A stretch of DNA of 59,853 nucleotides, the filler included. It is 6 parts of 6 records of this genome, joined end to end, with 100 filler letters (N's around TTAATTAATTAA, not from the genome) between each part and the next. Parts side by side here need not be neighbours in the genome. Positions count along the whole stretch, not along the records: positions 1 to 13,180 come from SRR31156797_63527; 5 more parts are not named here. One strand, written 5' to 3'. This document shows positions 1-8,383 of this stretch, one piece after another (the first letter of the stretch is position 1; every line of letters begins with the position of its first letter). The translations under genes were made by a program, and so were the position numbers. The notes beneath the pieces were generated by a model. That model was given only the letters and a program-made list of their open reading frames with translations, was not told the origin of the DNA and ran no database searches.

Positions 1-1
1 A

Positions 2-367
2 ATGTATCAGATGCCGCCTATGCCGCCGCACCCACAGATGATGCAGGCTCCACAGATGCCTTTTATGGGACAACCGCAGCAGGGCGGAGCAAAAGCGGGC
101 GGGTGCTCACACGATCATAAGCAGGAAGACCCGTTTGGCGGTATGTTTGGGATGTTTGGTGAAATGGTTGATAACAACCCTAACCTCTCAGCTCTGAACA
201 AGGTAGTAGGTGCTACAAACAGCGATTTCCTGAAAGGGGCAATGCTTGGTGCGGGGCTTACACTTCTGCTCACAAGCGACGGCGTAAAAGAGATGCTCGC
301 AGGACTTTTTGCGGGAACAATGGATATGTTTGATAAAGATGAAGATACAGGAGAAGAAGATGAGTAA
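2..367 (+). CDS. Small GxxxG membrane protein of a ferrosome-like cluster (probably 5'-truncated); Pro/Gln/Met-rich N-terminus and acidic C-terminal tail
   Basis: Hydrophobic segment FLKGAMLGAGLTLLLT resembles that of ORF 710-1027; tail DKDEDTGEEDE; overlaps the next gene's start; begins at the contig edge. Confidence 0.75.
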   Translation: MYQMPPMPPHPQMMQAPQMPFMGQPQQGGAKAGGCSHDHKQEDPFGGMFGMFGEMVDNNPNLSALNKVVGATNSDFLKGAMLGAGLTLLLTSDGVKEMLAGLFAGTMDMFDKDEDTGEEDE

Positions 368-695
368 ACCAACAGGTGTTACAGGAACACACATTGCATC
401 AGGAGTAACAAGAGCGGCTCTCTTAGGTGGAGCGGCGGGTGCTGTTATCGGTGGAACTATTTCGGCTGCTAAACAGGCAAAAGATGTTAAAGATGAAAAA
501 ATTACAAAGAAAGAGGCTGTGGCAAATACAGCTAAAGATGCGGCTGGCTCAGGTATAGCTACGGCGGCTGGTGTTGCTGTTGCCGGTGCTGTCGGCGTTG
601 GCGGATTTGCTTCACTTTTAGTAATGGTCGCAGCAGCCACAGGCGCAAAATACCTTTGGGATGCATCAACATCCCCAGAAAAGAAAGAAGCTTAA
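360..695 (+). CDS. Gly/Ala-rich glycine-zipper membrane protein (ferrosome-cluster type)
   Basis: ATG at 360 after AGGAG (349-353); two hydrophobic GxxxG-rich segments (LLGGAAGAVIGG; AAGVAVAGAVGVGGFASLLV). Confidence 0.8.
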   Translation: MSKPTGVTGTHIASGVTRAALLGGAAGAVIGGTISAAKQAKDVKDEKITKKEAVANTAKDAAGSGIATAAGVAVAGAVGVGGFASLLVMVAAATGAKYLWDASTSPEKKEA

Positions 696-709
696 CAGGA
701 GAGAGAGTA

Positions 710-1027
710 ATGGATCACAAAAGTAATACAGAATATAACCACGACCAGAATCAATACTATTATGTACCTCAGCAGGCGTACTATCAGTACCCTCAATATC
801 AGCAGTACCCTCAGCAGACAAATGTTCAGCAGTGGTTCGACTATAAAAACCCTTCTTACATCAAGGGCGCAGTTGTCGGAGCGGCAGTGACACTTCTGCT
901 TACTAACCCGACAGTCAAGAAAGCTATTGTTAAAGGCGTAGTTGGCGTTTGGGGGACACTTCAGGGTGGTGTCGAAGAGCTTAAAGAGCAGATCAGAGAC
1001 GTACAGGCTGAGATGGGCGAAGAGTAA
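710..1027 (+). CDS. FezA/YtxH-like small membrane protein with a Tyr/Gln/Pro-rich N-terminus
   Basis: ATG at 710 after an AG-rich RBS; KGAVVGAAVTLLLT GxxxG helix followed by an amphipathic, coiled-coil-like EELKEQIRDVQAE. Confidence 0.8.
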   Translation: MDHKSNTEYNHDQNQYYYVPQQAYYQYPQYQQYPQQTNVQQWFDYKNPSYIKGAVVGAAVTLLLTNPTVKKAIVKGVVGVWGTLQGGVEELKEQIRDVQAEMGEE

Positions 1028-1029
1028 AC

Positions 1030-1254
1030 ATGGCGAAAGAGAAGAAAGATAAGAAAGATAAGTGGAGAGAATCCACACTGATACGCAAAAGGCGTGCAGT
1101 TAAGTATGGAATGACAGCGAGTATGGCGCTCTGCGTTTATACAGGGCTAAAGAAGGGGAAGGATGCAAAAAAACTGCATATAGCCTCCGGAATCGCCCTC
1201 ATGGGGCTGTCGTATTTTCATACACGTCTGTACCCGAAAAATCAGAGAAGCTGA
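1030..1254 (+). CDS. Small two-helix membrane protein with two His residues (LHIASGIALMGLSYFH)
   Basis: Starts 2 nt after the previous stop; basic N-terminus and two hydrophobic segments; lies directly upstream of the P1B ATPase. Confidence 0.75.
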   Translation: MAKEKKDKKDKWRESTLIRKRRAVKYGMTASMALCVYTGLKKGKDAKKLHIASGIALMGLSYFHTRLYPKNQRS

Positions 1255-1263
1255 GGTGCTCAG

Positions 1264-3381
1264 ATTTTTAACCGTAAATTTTCTACCGGACTGGAAAATG
1301 TAAGTATAGCTCATGAAATTGAGGGCAGGATAAGGCTGAGAGCTAAGGTTCTCGGCAATCCCGCCCTCGATATATCCACGGTGGAGGCTGGTATTGAGTC
1401 CATCGATGGTGTTGAGTCTGTGCGTATAAACCAGAAAGCTAATAATATGGTTGTGAAGTTCGATCCAGCCACAAAAGCTAAGGATGATGTCTTAAGTGCG
1501 CTTACAGCATTTAGTCATACAATCTTTTGTGCTGATGAGGAGCTGACAGGCTCACCTGATATGGTAAATGTCTACTGGGCTGGTACTATGTGGGTGGCGA
1601 AAATGTTTCTCCCTATGAGCCTTAAACCTGCGGCTACTATCACAGGTGCCGCTCCTGTTCTTCTGGAGGGTGTCGAAACCCTTGTTACAGAGGGGCTTAG
1701 GGTTGAGGTTCTGGATGCCACTGTTATCGCTATGCTAATCGCCAGAAAAGATTATTTTACTGCCGGCTCGCTCAACTTCCTTCTCACACTTGGGCACTAT
1801 CTTGAGCAGTCCACCGAGTATAAGTCAGACAAGATGCTGAAAAGTCTTATTAAACCGGACATTAAAGAAGTCTGGATAATGGACGGGAAGGCTGAGAAGA
1901 AGATATCTGTGGAGGAGCTTTGTGTCGGAGACCTCGTTGTAGTTGGTTCAGGTGAGATGATCCCTGTGGATGGTGTTCTTCATTCAGGCGAGGGGCTTAT
2001 CAATCAGGCGTCAATCACAGGCGAATCTCTGCCGGTTAATCCTGAAATTAATAGCCAGATATATTCCGGTACAGTTGTAGTGGAGGGTAGGCTTGTTGTA
2101 AAAGCTGAGAGCGTAGGCTCGGATACCACCACCGCAAGGATAGCTAAATTCATCAGTAATTCACTTAAAAACAGATCTAAAACCGAGACAAAAGCTTTTA
2201 ACATGGCGAACAAGATGGTTCCGGTTACTTTCGCAACGGGGCTTGCAACTCTGGCTCTGACAGGTGATTTCAGAAGGGCATCATCAGTCTTGTCAGTGGA
2301 TTATTCATGTGCGCTTCAGCTTGTAACTCCTACAGCGATTAAGGCGAGCATGTTTAAAGCCGCATCGGAAGGTGTTTTTATAAAAGGTGCTCAGGCTCTT
2401 GAAAACCTCTCAGAAGTTAATACCGTGATATTTGACAAGACAGGAACTCTTACCAAGGGCGCTCTGTCTGTTACCGAGATCGAAGCCTATAGCGGATTTT
2501 CACCGGAAGAGGTTTTGAGGATAGCGGCATCCGCAGAGGAGCACTACTCTCATCCTATCGCTTCCGCTGTTGTTTCTGAGGCTGAAAAGAGAGGTCTTGA
2601 GCTGGATGAGACGGGTGAGGTGGATTTCATCATTGCCCACGGTGTTTCTGCATATGTCGGAGAGCATAAGGTACTTGTGGGGAGCCATCATTTCATCGCA
2701 GAGGATGAAAAGATTATCTGCTGCTTTGCCGAAGAGAAGGCTCAGGAATTTCGTTCCACTGGTCAGTCAGTCCTTTATGTAGCCATCGACGGCGAGCTTT
2801 GCGGAATCATAGCCATGCGTGACATACTGCGTGAAGAGTCAGTAGAGACCATAGCGGAGCTTAAGAAGTGCGGGGTTGAGCGTGTAGTGATGCTGACTGG
2901 TGATCATAAGGATGCAGCACTTAACATAGCCTCTGAGCTTGGGATTGATGACGTGTATTATGAGCTTAAACCGGAAGATAAGGCAGATATTGTCAAAAAA
3001 CTTAAAGATGAAGGTTGTGTCAGTGCATTTGTCGGTGACGGTGTGAATGATGCTCCTGCACTGCTTAGTGCTGATGTGGGTATAAGCCTGCCCGAGGGGG
3101 CTGACCTTGCCAGAGAAACGGCGCAAGTGCTCCTTCTCCGTGAGGATCTGCGAGGTATTGCTCATGCTAAAAAGATAGCGGATGAGACGATGAAGGTTAT
3201 TAAACGGGTTTTCAAAGCGAATGTCGGCATAAATACGGCGACAGTTCTTATGTCTGTTATGGGCTTTCTCTCGCCGCTTCAGTCGGCACTGCTCCATAAC
3301 GGTACAACAGTATCAACACTTTTATACGCTTTGAGTTTATCTTCCAAAAATGATAAAGGGGTATTTGATGCAGAGACTTGA
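1264..3381 (+). CDS. fezB: P1B-6-type heavy-metal P-type ATPase, FezB-like (probable ATT start at 1264; the ORF track starts at GTG 1381)
   Basis: TGES, DKTGT and GDGVND motifs; TM metal-site DYSCA and C-terminal LHNGTT typical of P1B-6; N-terminal HMA-like region AHEIEGRIRLR lies in frame upstream of 1381. Confidence 0.85.
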   Translation: MFNRKFSTGLENVSIAHEIEGRIRLRAKVLGNPALDISTVEAGIESIDGVESVRINQKANNMVVKFDPATKAKDDVLSALTAFSHTIFCADEELTGSPDMVNVYWAGTMWVAKMFLPMSLKPAATITGAAPVLLEGVETLVTEGLRVEVLDATVIAMLIARKDYFTAGSLNFLLTLGHYLEQSTEYKSDKMLKSLIKPDIKEVWIMDGKAEKKISVEELCVGDLVVVGSGEMIPVDGVLHSGEGLINQASITGESLPVNPEINSQIYSGTVVVEGRLVVKAESVGSDTTTARIAKFISNSLKNRSKTETKAFNMANKMVPVTFATGLATLALTGDFRRASSVLSVDYSCALQLVTPTAIKASMFKAASEGVFIKGAQALENLSEVNTVIFDKTGTLTKGALSVTEIEAYSGFSPEEVLRIAASAEEHYSHPIASAVVSEAEKRGLELDETGEVDFIIAHGVSAYVGEHKVLVGSHHFIAEDEKIICCFAEEKAQEFRSTGQSVLYVAIDGELCGIIAMRDILREESVETIAELKKCGVERVVMLTGDHKDAALNIASELGIDDVYYELKPEDKADIVKKLKDEGCVSAFVGDGVNDAPALLSADVGISLPEGADLARETAQVLLLREDLRGIAHAKKIADETMKVIKRVFKANVGINTATVLMSVMGFLSPLQSALLHNGTTVSTLLYALSLSSKNDKGVFDAET

Positions 3382-4078
3382 TTTGGCAGACAGCGGCTGC
3401 TGTTATCGTATAGCAGAGATTAAAGATGAAAAACTCTCCATGAAATTAGCCTCCTATGGACTATTCATAAATAGTCTTATTACTAAGGTTGACCCTGAAT
3501 ATGCTCAGTTTGCCACGCTCAAAATTAGTACAAAAAGAGGCACTGCTTCTATACCGGGAAGTTTGGCTAAACATCTTTTAGTCCGCTCCGGCAGGGGTGC
3601 TGTCAAAAGTATTTACGAGCTTGAGGAAGGCAAGAGTGCAAATGTCACTGAGATAAACGGCTGCGAAAAGACTATTGCTAGGCTGAAACTGCTTGGAGTT
3701 GATAAGGGAGTCAGACTGAAACTGCTTCGAAGCCTGCCGCATATGGAATATGTTGTACTTGTTAACAACCGTACAAGGGTGAGGGTTTCTGAGGCTGTGG
3801 CAGCATCGATAATAGGTGAAAGCCTGAATATGCATAAACAGTTCTCATTTGCCAGAAAGGGGAGAAGCTTTACAGTTAAGTCGATTGTTGCCGGTGAAAA
3901 GATAAGTGCATACCTTGATAAAATCGGAATATCTGATGGTGTGGATATAACCTTAGAAGGGATTGAGCCTGGCAAAGATATACCTTTTGAGGATGACGGC
4001 ACAATTTCAATTTATGCTTTAGAGGGTTTTCATATGATGTTATCGGAAGCCTCAGCAGAAAGTATCATAGTAGTGTAA
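3368..4078 (+). CDS. Protein with three tandem FeoA (SH3-like) repeats
   Basis: ATG at 3368 overlaps the ATPase end; three segments of the FeoA pattern (KLASYGL, RLKLLGV, YLDKIGI). Confidence 0.7.
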   Translation: MQRLDLADSGCCYRIAEIKDEKLSMKLASYGLFINSLITKVDPEYAQFATLKISTKRGTASIPGSLAKHLLVRSGRGAVKSIYELEEGKSANVTEINGCEKTIARLKLLGVDKGVRLKLLRSLPHMEYVVLVNNRTRVRVSEAVAASIIGESLNMHKQFSFARKGRSFTVKSIVAGEKISAYLDKIGISDGVDITLEGIEPGKDIPFEDDGTISIYALEGFHMMLSEASAESIIVV

Positions 4079-4131
4079 AGAATTAAAAAAAATCGTATAC
4101 AATGTACAGAAAACACTTGCGAAAAACACGG

Positions 4132-4150
4132 GATAATGATATTCAATATC
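4132..4150. promoter_or_regulatory. Fur box-like operator (orphan, between convergent genes)
   Basis: GATAATGATATTCAATATC matches 17/19 of the canonical GATAATGATAATCATTATC; TTGCGA at 4117-4122 is a possible -35. Confidence 0.75.
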
Positions 4151-4523
4151 AACTACTCGGGGTGTGTTTTTATCGGGGGGCCCGAGCGGGGCTTATGCCA
4201 TAATAACTTGTAAAGTTATATCCTGTTTACTTGTCAACCCTAGTGCGCAAGAAGATATGGTTTGTCCCCGTCCCCCGGCCTTAACCCTTCTAAAGATATA
4301 TATTAGTTTTTGTAAAGCGTGCAATGGTTATTTCATAAAAAATTATCTAAATTTCTAACTCTGATTATTTAATATTGATAAGAGTAAGAGTCAGGTATGA
4401 AAGAAGAATACTTCTTTTATTGCATGGACATCTTCACTTTTTGAAAGATGTATGGTAAGAGGTCGCAACGGTATTTGGAGCTTTGAGTGCGGGGTCTGTA
4501 TTTTTTATTGGTTTAGAAGCTGT

Positions 4524-4736
4524 TTATTTATTACCGTTACAGCAATCTGATGCTTCATCTCTTTTGTGTTGTCCGCAGCATTCGTGGTCATCATCGCTTG
4601 TGCTTTGGCTCGAACAACATGCTGAGCCTTCTGATTCAGACCCGCAGCCGCATCCTTTCTTTTTGAAGATGAAATTAGCAAGGTAAAGTACGGCAATCAA
4701 TACAATAATAAAAACAATAAGAGAATCGGCATTCAT
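4524..4736 (-). CDS. FeoB-associated Cys-rich small membrane protein
   Basis: N-terminal TM helix then KKKGCGCG...CCS...HECCG...DCC; AAGGAG RBS; last gene of the feo operon. Confidence 0.8.
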   Translation of the reverse strand: MNADSLIVFIIVLIAVLYLANFIFKKKGCGCGSESEGSACCSSQSTSDDDHECCGQHKRDEASDCCNGNK

Positions 4737-4757
4737 TTTGTGTCTCCTTATAAGTGG

Positions 4758-4784
4758 GCGGACGGCAGTTTATCTACCGTCCGC
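4758..4784 (-). other. Intra-operon stem-loop
   Basis: GCGGACGG...CCGTCCGC inverted repeat between the DUF4198 gene and the Cys-rich gene; no U-tract on the coding strand. Confidence 0.5.
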
Positions 4785-4800
4785 AGATGAAAAAAGTTTC

Positions 4801-5595
4801 TTACTTCGCAGGCTTAGCCTGCACCCAGATAACTGCGTCCTGGGAAAGTTCTTTTCCTTTGTATTCTGTGTCAGGACCTGCACCGAGTGCTGCAAATCCC
4901 CACCAGCCTGCAAATGGTATAGCGAATGTGAACTCGCCGTCTTTGTTAGCTTTGATTCCCATTGTTACAAAAGAATCGTGTGGAGCTTCAACAAACGGCT
5001 TGTTGCCCATTTTGTTATTAGCCATGTCAACATCCCATCTGAGGTATTCAACTTCGATCTCAGCGTAAGGGACTGGTTTACCGTTACCCATAACTACACC
5101 TGTGAAGCTTCCGCCCTGCCAGATAGAGTATGGTTTTACAAGTGGAACGATCTCAGCTTTAAGACCGAGCTCTTGATCCCAATGTGTCGGAGCGCCTGCA
5201 ACGTTTGCGATAACTTTAGTGATCTGCTGGATGTAAGCATCTTCAGATTTTTCGAGGTATGGTTCTGGTGTGAGAACAAATGTGTAGTCGCCAAGTCCAC
5301 GGAACTGATACTTCGTTTCGTATCCTGTCGCAGAGTTGTGGTTCCCTTTGAATGTCATCTTTTTCAGAGTACCTAGAAGGTCTTTCTTCCCTTTTTTAGT
5401 AACAACGTAAAATTCTTCGGGCTGTCCCATCTCCATAGTGTGCTCGTCTGCAAATGGGTGATTGAAAACAAGTTTAATATCTTTTTTTCCGCCCTTGTTG
5501 AGTGCGCTCTCTTCCATGTAGAGCATCTGAAAGTGTGCCATAGCGCTTGTTGCGATGGCCATAATCATAAAACTGAGTACAATAATCTTTTTCAT
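4801..5595 (-). CDS. DUF4198 (NikM-like) periplasmic metal-binding protein
   Basis: Signal peptide ending AMA-HFQML (His at mature N-terminus); EIVPLVKPY, GKPVPYAEIEVEY and GWWGFAAL motifs. Confidence 0.85.
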   Translation of the reverse strand: MKKIIVLSFMIMAIATSAMAHFQMLYMEESALNKGGKKDIKLVFNHPFADEHTMEMGQPEEFYVVTKKGKKDLLGTLKKMTFKGNHNSATGYETKYQFRGLGDYTFVLTPEPYLEKSEDAYIQQITKVIANVAGAPTHWDQELGLKAEIVPLVKPYSIWQGGSFTGVVMGNGKPVPYAEIEVEYLRWDVDMANNKMGNKPFVEAPHDSFVTMGIKANKDGEFTFAIPFAGWWGFAALGAGPDTEYKGKELSQDAVIWVQAKPAK

Positions 5596-5618
5596 TTCCC
5601 TCTCCTTTAAACTATAAA

Positions 5619-5930
5619 TTATTCAGCGATTTCGCTACCTTTAACTTCTACTTTGTGTCCTTCGCCTGCATCGAAAACAACCTTGTATTTGCCTTCTGGC
5701 TTGTTATAGGTGAATTCAGAGTCTTCGCTCATCTTTCCGGACATAATTGTTTTGCCTGAAGATGAGATTACATGCATCTTTACTCCGCTTGCAGAAGATC
5801 CGTCAGAAAAGCCGCCTTCACATGTGACTGTTCCGTCTCCGTTATCAAAGCAAGACATAAGTGGTGTGTGTGCAAATGCGCCGGAAGCTGAAAGTGCTAC
5901 GACCATCGCTAATAAAACTAATTTCCTCAT
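5619..5930 (-). CDS. Small periplasmic protein of feoB-DUF4198 operons
   Basis: Signal peptide AFA-HTPLMSC; CEGGFSDGS and FDAGEGH motifs; start overlaps the feoB stop. Confidence 0.75.
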   Translation of the reverse strand: MRKLVLLAMVVALSASGAFAHTPLMSCFDNGDGTVTCEGGFSDGSSASGVKMHVISSSGKTIMSGKMSEDSEFTYNKPEGKYKVVFDAGEGHKVEVKGSEIAE

Positions 5931-8383
5931 ACTGTTCCTCCTGGTTTATTTTTTTCAAATCTTGTAAATCCGAGTGCAATTGTGATTGTGATCATAATTC
6001 CGTAGTAAATGTACATAGCCTGCATCCCATCCACCCCGAATCCGGAGGATATAGAGAAGACTGCTGCAGCTATGAAAGCTCCGAGAGCCATAGGGTAAAT
6101 TATTGAGAAGAGCATCCACTTGTATGAACCAGTTTGTACCTTCACCATCATCATAGATGCAATGCAAGGCGGGTAGAGAGTCATGAAAAGTATCATTGCA
6201 AGTGCGTGAAGCGGTGTTGTGCCGCCTTTCTGGTTTGACATGCTCGTTTCGAGAGAGACATTCTCCTCGTCGCCGTAGATAGCACCTAGTGTTGCAACCA
6301 TGCTCTCTTTAGCAGCAAAAGCACTGAGTATACCGACATTAACTTTCCAGTCGAAGCCAGCGTACTGCGTCACAGGCTCTATAAAACGCCCAGCCATGCC
6401 GAGGTAGCTGTTATCAAGCCTCTCTTTACGCATAAGGCGGTGAACCTTCTTTCTCGCTTTTGAAACTTTCCTGAGCGCTCTGTTCATCGTTTTCGCATCT
6501 TTGTCTTTGCCAGGTTTGATGAAGAGGAAGAAGAACTCATTTTTGTTTTGCATCTTTTCGTTAAATGACTTTAGTGCATCGCCTTTTTTTGTCATGGCGT
6601 TAGCTTTATACTGCTCATAGAAGTTGATCAGGCTCACTACCTGATCTTCAGACTGAACATGTTCAGCGTATTTGTTTTTATCCGTTTTCTTGTGAAATGT
6701 TGCAACAGCCTTATCCATCTGCGCTCTATAGCCGGCTTTTGACTCTTTTGGGAGGCCTGGAAACTGGAGAAGGACAAAAAGGATAACCGCCACAGCTGCG
6801 ACAATTGTTATAATCTTTTTTATATATAGCCAGATACGCTCGATGGTTCTGCTCAAAATCCCTCTTATCGTAGGGAGGTGATAAGCTGGCATCTCCATTA
6901 CAAAAGGAGTTGTCTCTTTATCTTTGAGAACAGTGACCGCAAGAAGCTTTGATATAATAACAGCCATCATCACGGTAACAGTCGATATGAAAAACATCGT
7001 GAAAGCTTTTGTCTGAGCAAAATATACATTCACCAAAAGGGTGTAAAACGGAATTTTTGCCAAGCAGTTCAAGAGCGGAACAATAAGAATCGTAGCTATC
7101 CTCGCCCTTTCATCTGAGATACCTTTTGTGGACATGATGCCAGGGACAGCGCACCCTCCAACGTATACACCACCTAAAACCATAGGAAGTGTTGATTGAC
7201 CGTGGAGCCCGTATCTTGCAAAGAGTTTATCAAGGATAAAAGCCATCCGAGGCATGTAGCCTACATCCTCGAGGAATGCTACCAGCGCAAATAATATGAA
7301 GAATATTGGAAGATAGTTAAGTAGTGCGTTAACACTGTCGATAACCCAGAGTCCCAGTGCTCTTGAGTAGGGTATGTCAACAAGTCCGCTCTGGGGGAGG
7401 ACGTTACTGGCGAAGTTTTTAATAGAGGCAAGATAAGGCCAAGTATAGTTAGTCAGCTTATAACCTTGTACGATAGATAGCTCGTAAAGCAGATAGATGA
7501 TTAGCATCATTATCGCCGGACCAAGTATCTTGTGGCATATTAGCGAATCTGCAATATCAGACATGGAACGCTTATACTCTTTGGTTCTCTTTACGCACTT
7601 CTGGAAAATTTTCTTTGACTCTGCATGTCTTATAGAAGCTATGTAGTCGAGAGGCATTACCCCCTCATTGAGTCTGAACTCCTCTATCGCCTTCTCTCGC
7701 ATAATATCAAAATCTGCAAAGTTACTTATATTTGACTGGAGTTTCTCTACAACATCCATGTCATTCTCAAGAGCTTTAATCGCATACCATCTCTCAGACA
7801 CTGCAAGCTGTTCAGAGTTATCTATTAAGAATTTTTCGAGTTCAGCTATCGGACTTTCGAGTTTAGGGTATTCTATTTTGAATTCATTGGTGTTCGACGG
7901 TTCAGGCTTAATTATTTTTTTAAGATCAGATATGCCGTGCTTTTTAGAGCCGACAGTTTTCGCAACGGGCACACCGAGTATTTCGCTAAGCTTATCTTCG
8001 TCGATGCCCATGCCTCTCTGGTCGGCAACATCAGCCATGTTAAGCGCCATGACCAGCGGCAGTTTTGTTTCTAAGAGCTGAAATGTGAGGTAGAGGTGTC
8101 TTGCGAGGTTTGAAGCATCAAGGATATTAACTAGAATATCAGGCTTGTCAGTAAGTATATAATCACGTGCCACCCTCTCTTCAAGAGAGAAGGACGTGAG
8201 GCTATAAGTCCCGGGCAGATCAACAACATTGACTTCTGTTCCCTCGTGGGAAAAGGTTCCGTACTTCTTATCTACAGTTACTCCGGGGTAGTTTGCAATG
8301 TGCTGTCTTGCGCCTGTAAGCATGTTGAAGATGGTAGATTTTCCACAGTTCGGCTGTCCTGCAAGGGCTACTGAGATACTCAT
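5927..8383 (-). CDS. feoB: Ferrous iron transporter FeoB
   Basis: G1 GQPNCGKS, NYPGVTV, DLPGTYSL and NMAD GTPase motifs; gate motifs EDVGYMPR, PFVMEMPAY and LYPPC. Confidence 0.97.
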   Translation of the reverse strand: MSISVALAGQPNCGKSTIFNMLTGARQHIANYPGVTVDKKYGTFSHEGTEVNVVDLPGTYSLTSFSLEERVARDYILTDKPDILVNILDASNLARHLYLTFQLLETKLPLVMALNMADVADQRGMGIDEDKLSEILGVPVAKTVGSKKHGISDLKKIIKPEPSNTNEFKIEYPKLESPIAELEKFLIDNSEQLAVSERWYAIKALENDMDVVEKLQSNISNFADFDIMREKAIEEFRLNEGVMPLDYIASIRHAESKKIFQKCVKRTKEYKRSMSDIADSLICHKILGPAIMMLIIYLLYELSIVQGYKLTNYTWPYLASIKNFASNVLPQSGLVDIPYSRALGLWVIDSVNALLNYLPIFFILFALVAFLEDVGYMPRMAFILDKLFARYGLHGQSTLPMVLGGVYVGGCAVPGIMSTKGISDERARIATILIVPLLNCLAKIPFYTLLVNVYFAQTKAFTMFFISTVTVMMAVIISKLLAVTVLKDKETTPFVMEMPAYHLPTIRGILSRTIERIWLYIKKIITIVAAVAVILFVLLQFPGLPKESKAGYRAQMDKAVATFHKKTDKNKYAEHVQSEDQVVSLINFYEQYKANAMTKKGDALKSFNEKMQNKNEFFFLFIKPGKDKDAKTMNRALRKVSKARKKVHRLMRKERLDNSYLGMAGRFIEPVTQYAGFDWKVNVGILSAFAAKESMVATLGAIYGDEENVSLETSMSNQKGGTTPLHALAMILFMTLYPPCIASMMMVKVQTGSYKWMLFSIIYPMALGAFIAAAVFSISSGFGVDGMQAMYIYYGIMITITIALGFTRFEKNKPGGTV

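Noticed and set aside
2-1254. Possible magnetosome island (Mms6/MamC-like small proteins near feoAB)
   Set aside because: No core mam genes (mamA, B, E, K, M, O, P, Q) are visible; the P1B-6 ATPase context fits a ferrosome cluster better.
1252-1300. Selenocysteine recoding of the TGA at 1252
   Set aside because: No convincing SECIS-like hairpin follows the codon and the position is not a recognisable Cys-equivalent site; an SD-supported ATT start is simpler.
4164-4444. ORF 4164-4358 and a 15-codon ORF at 4397-4444 as targets of the orphan Fur box
   Set aside because: Neither has a well-spaced RBS or recognisable protein features; they cannot be fully excluded.
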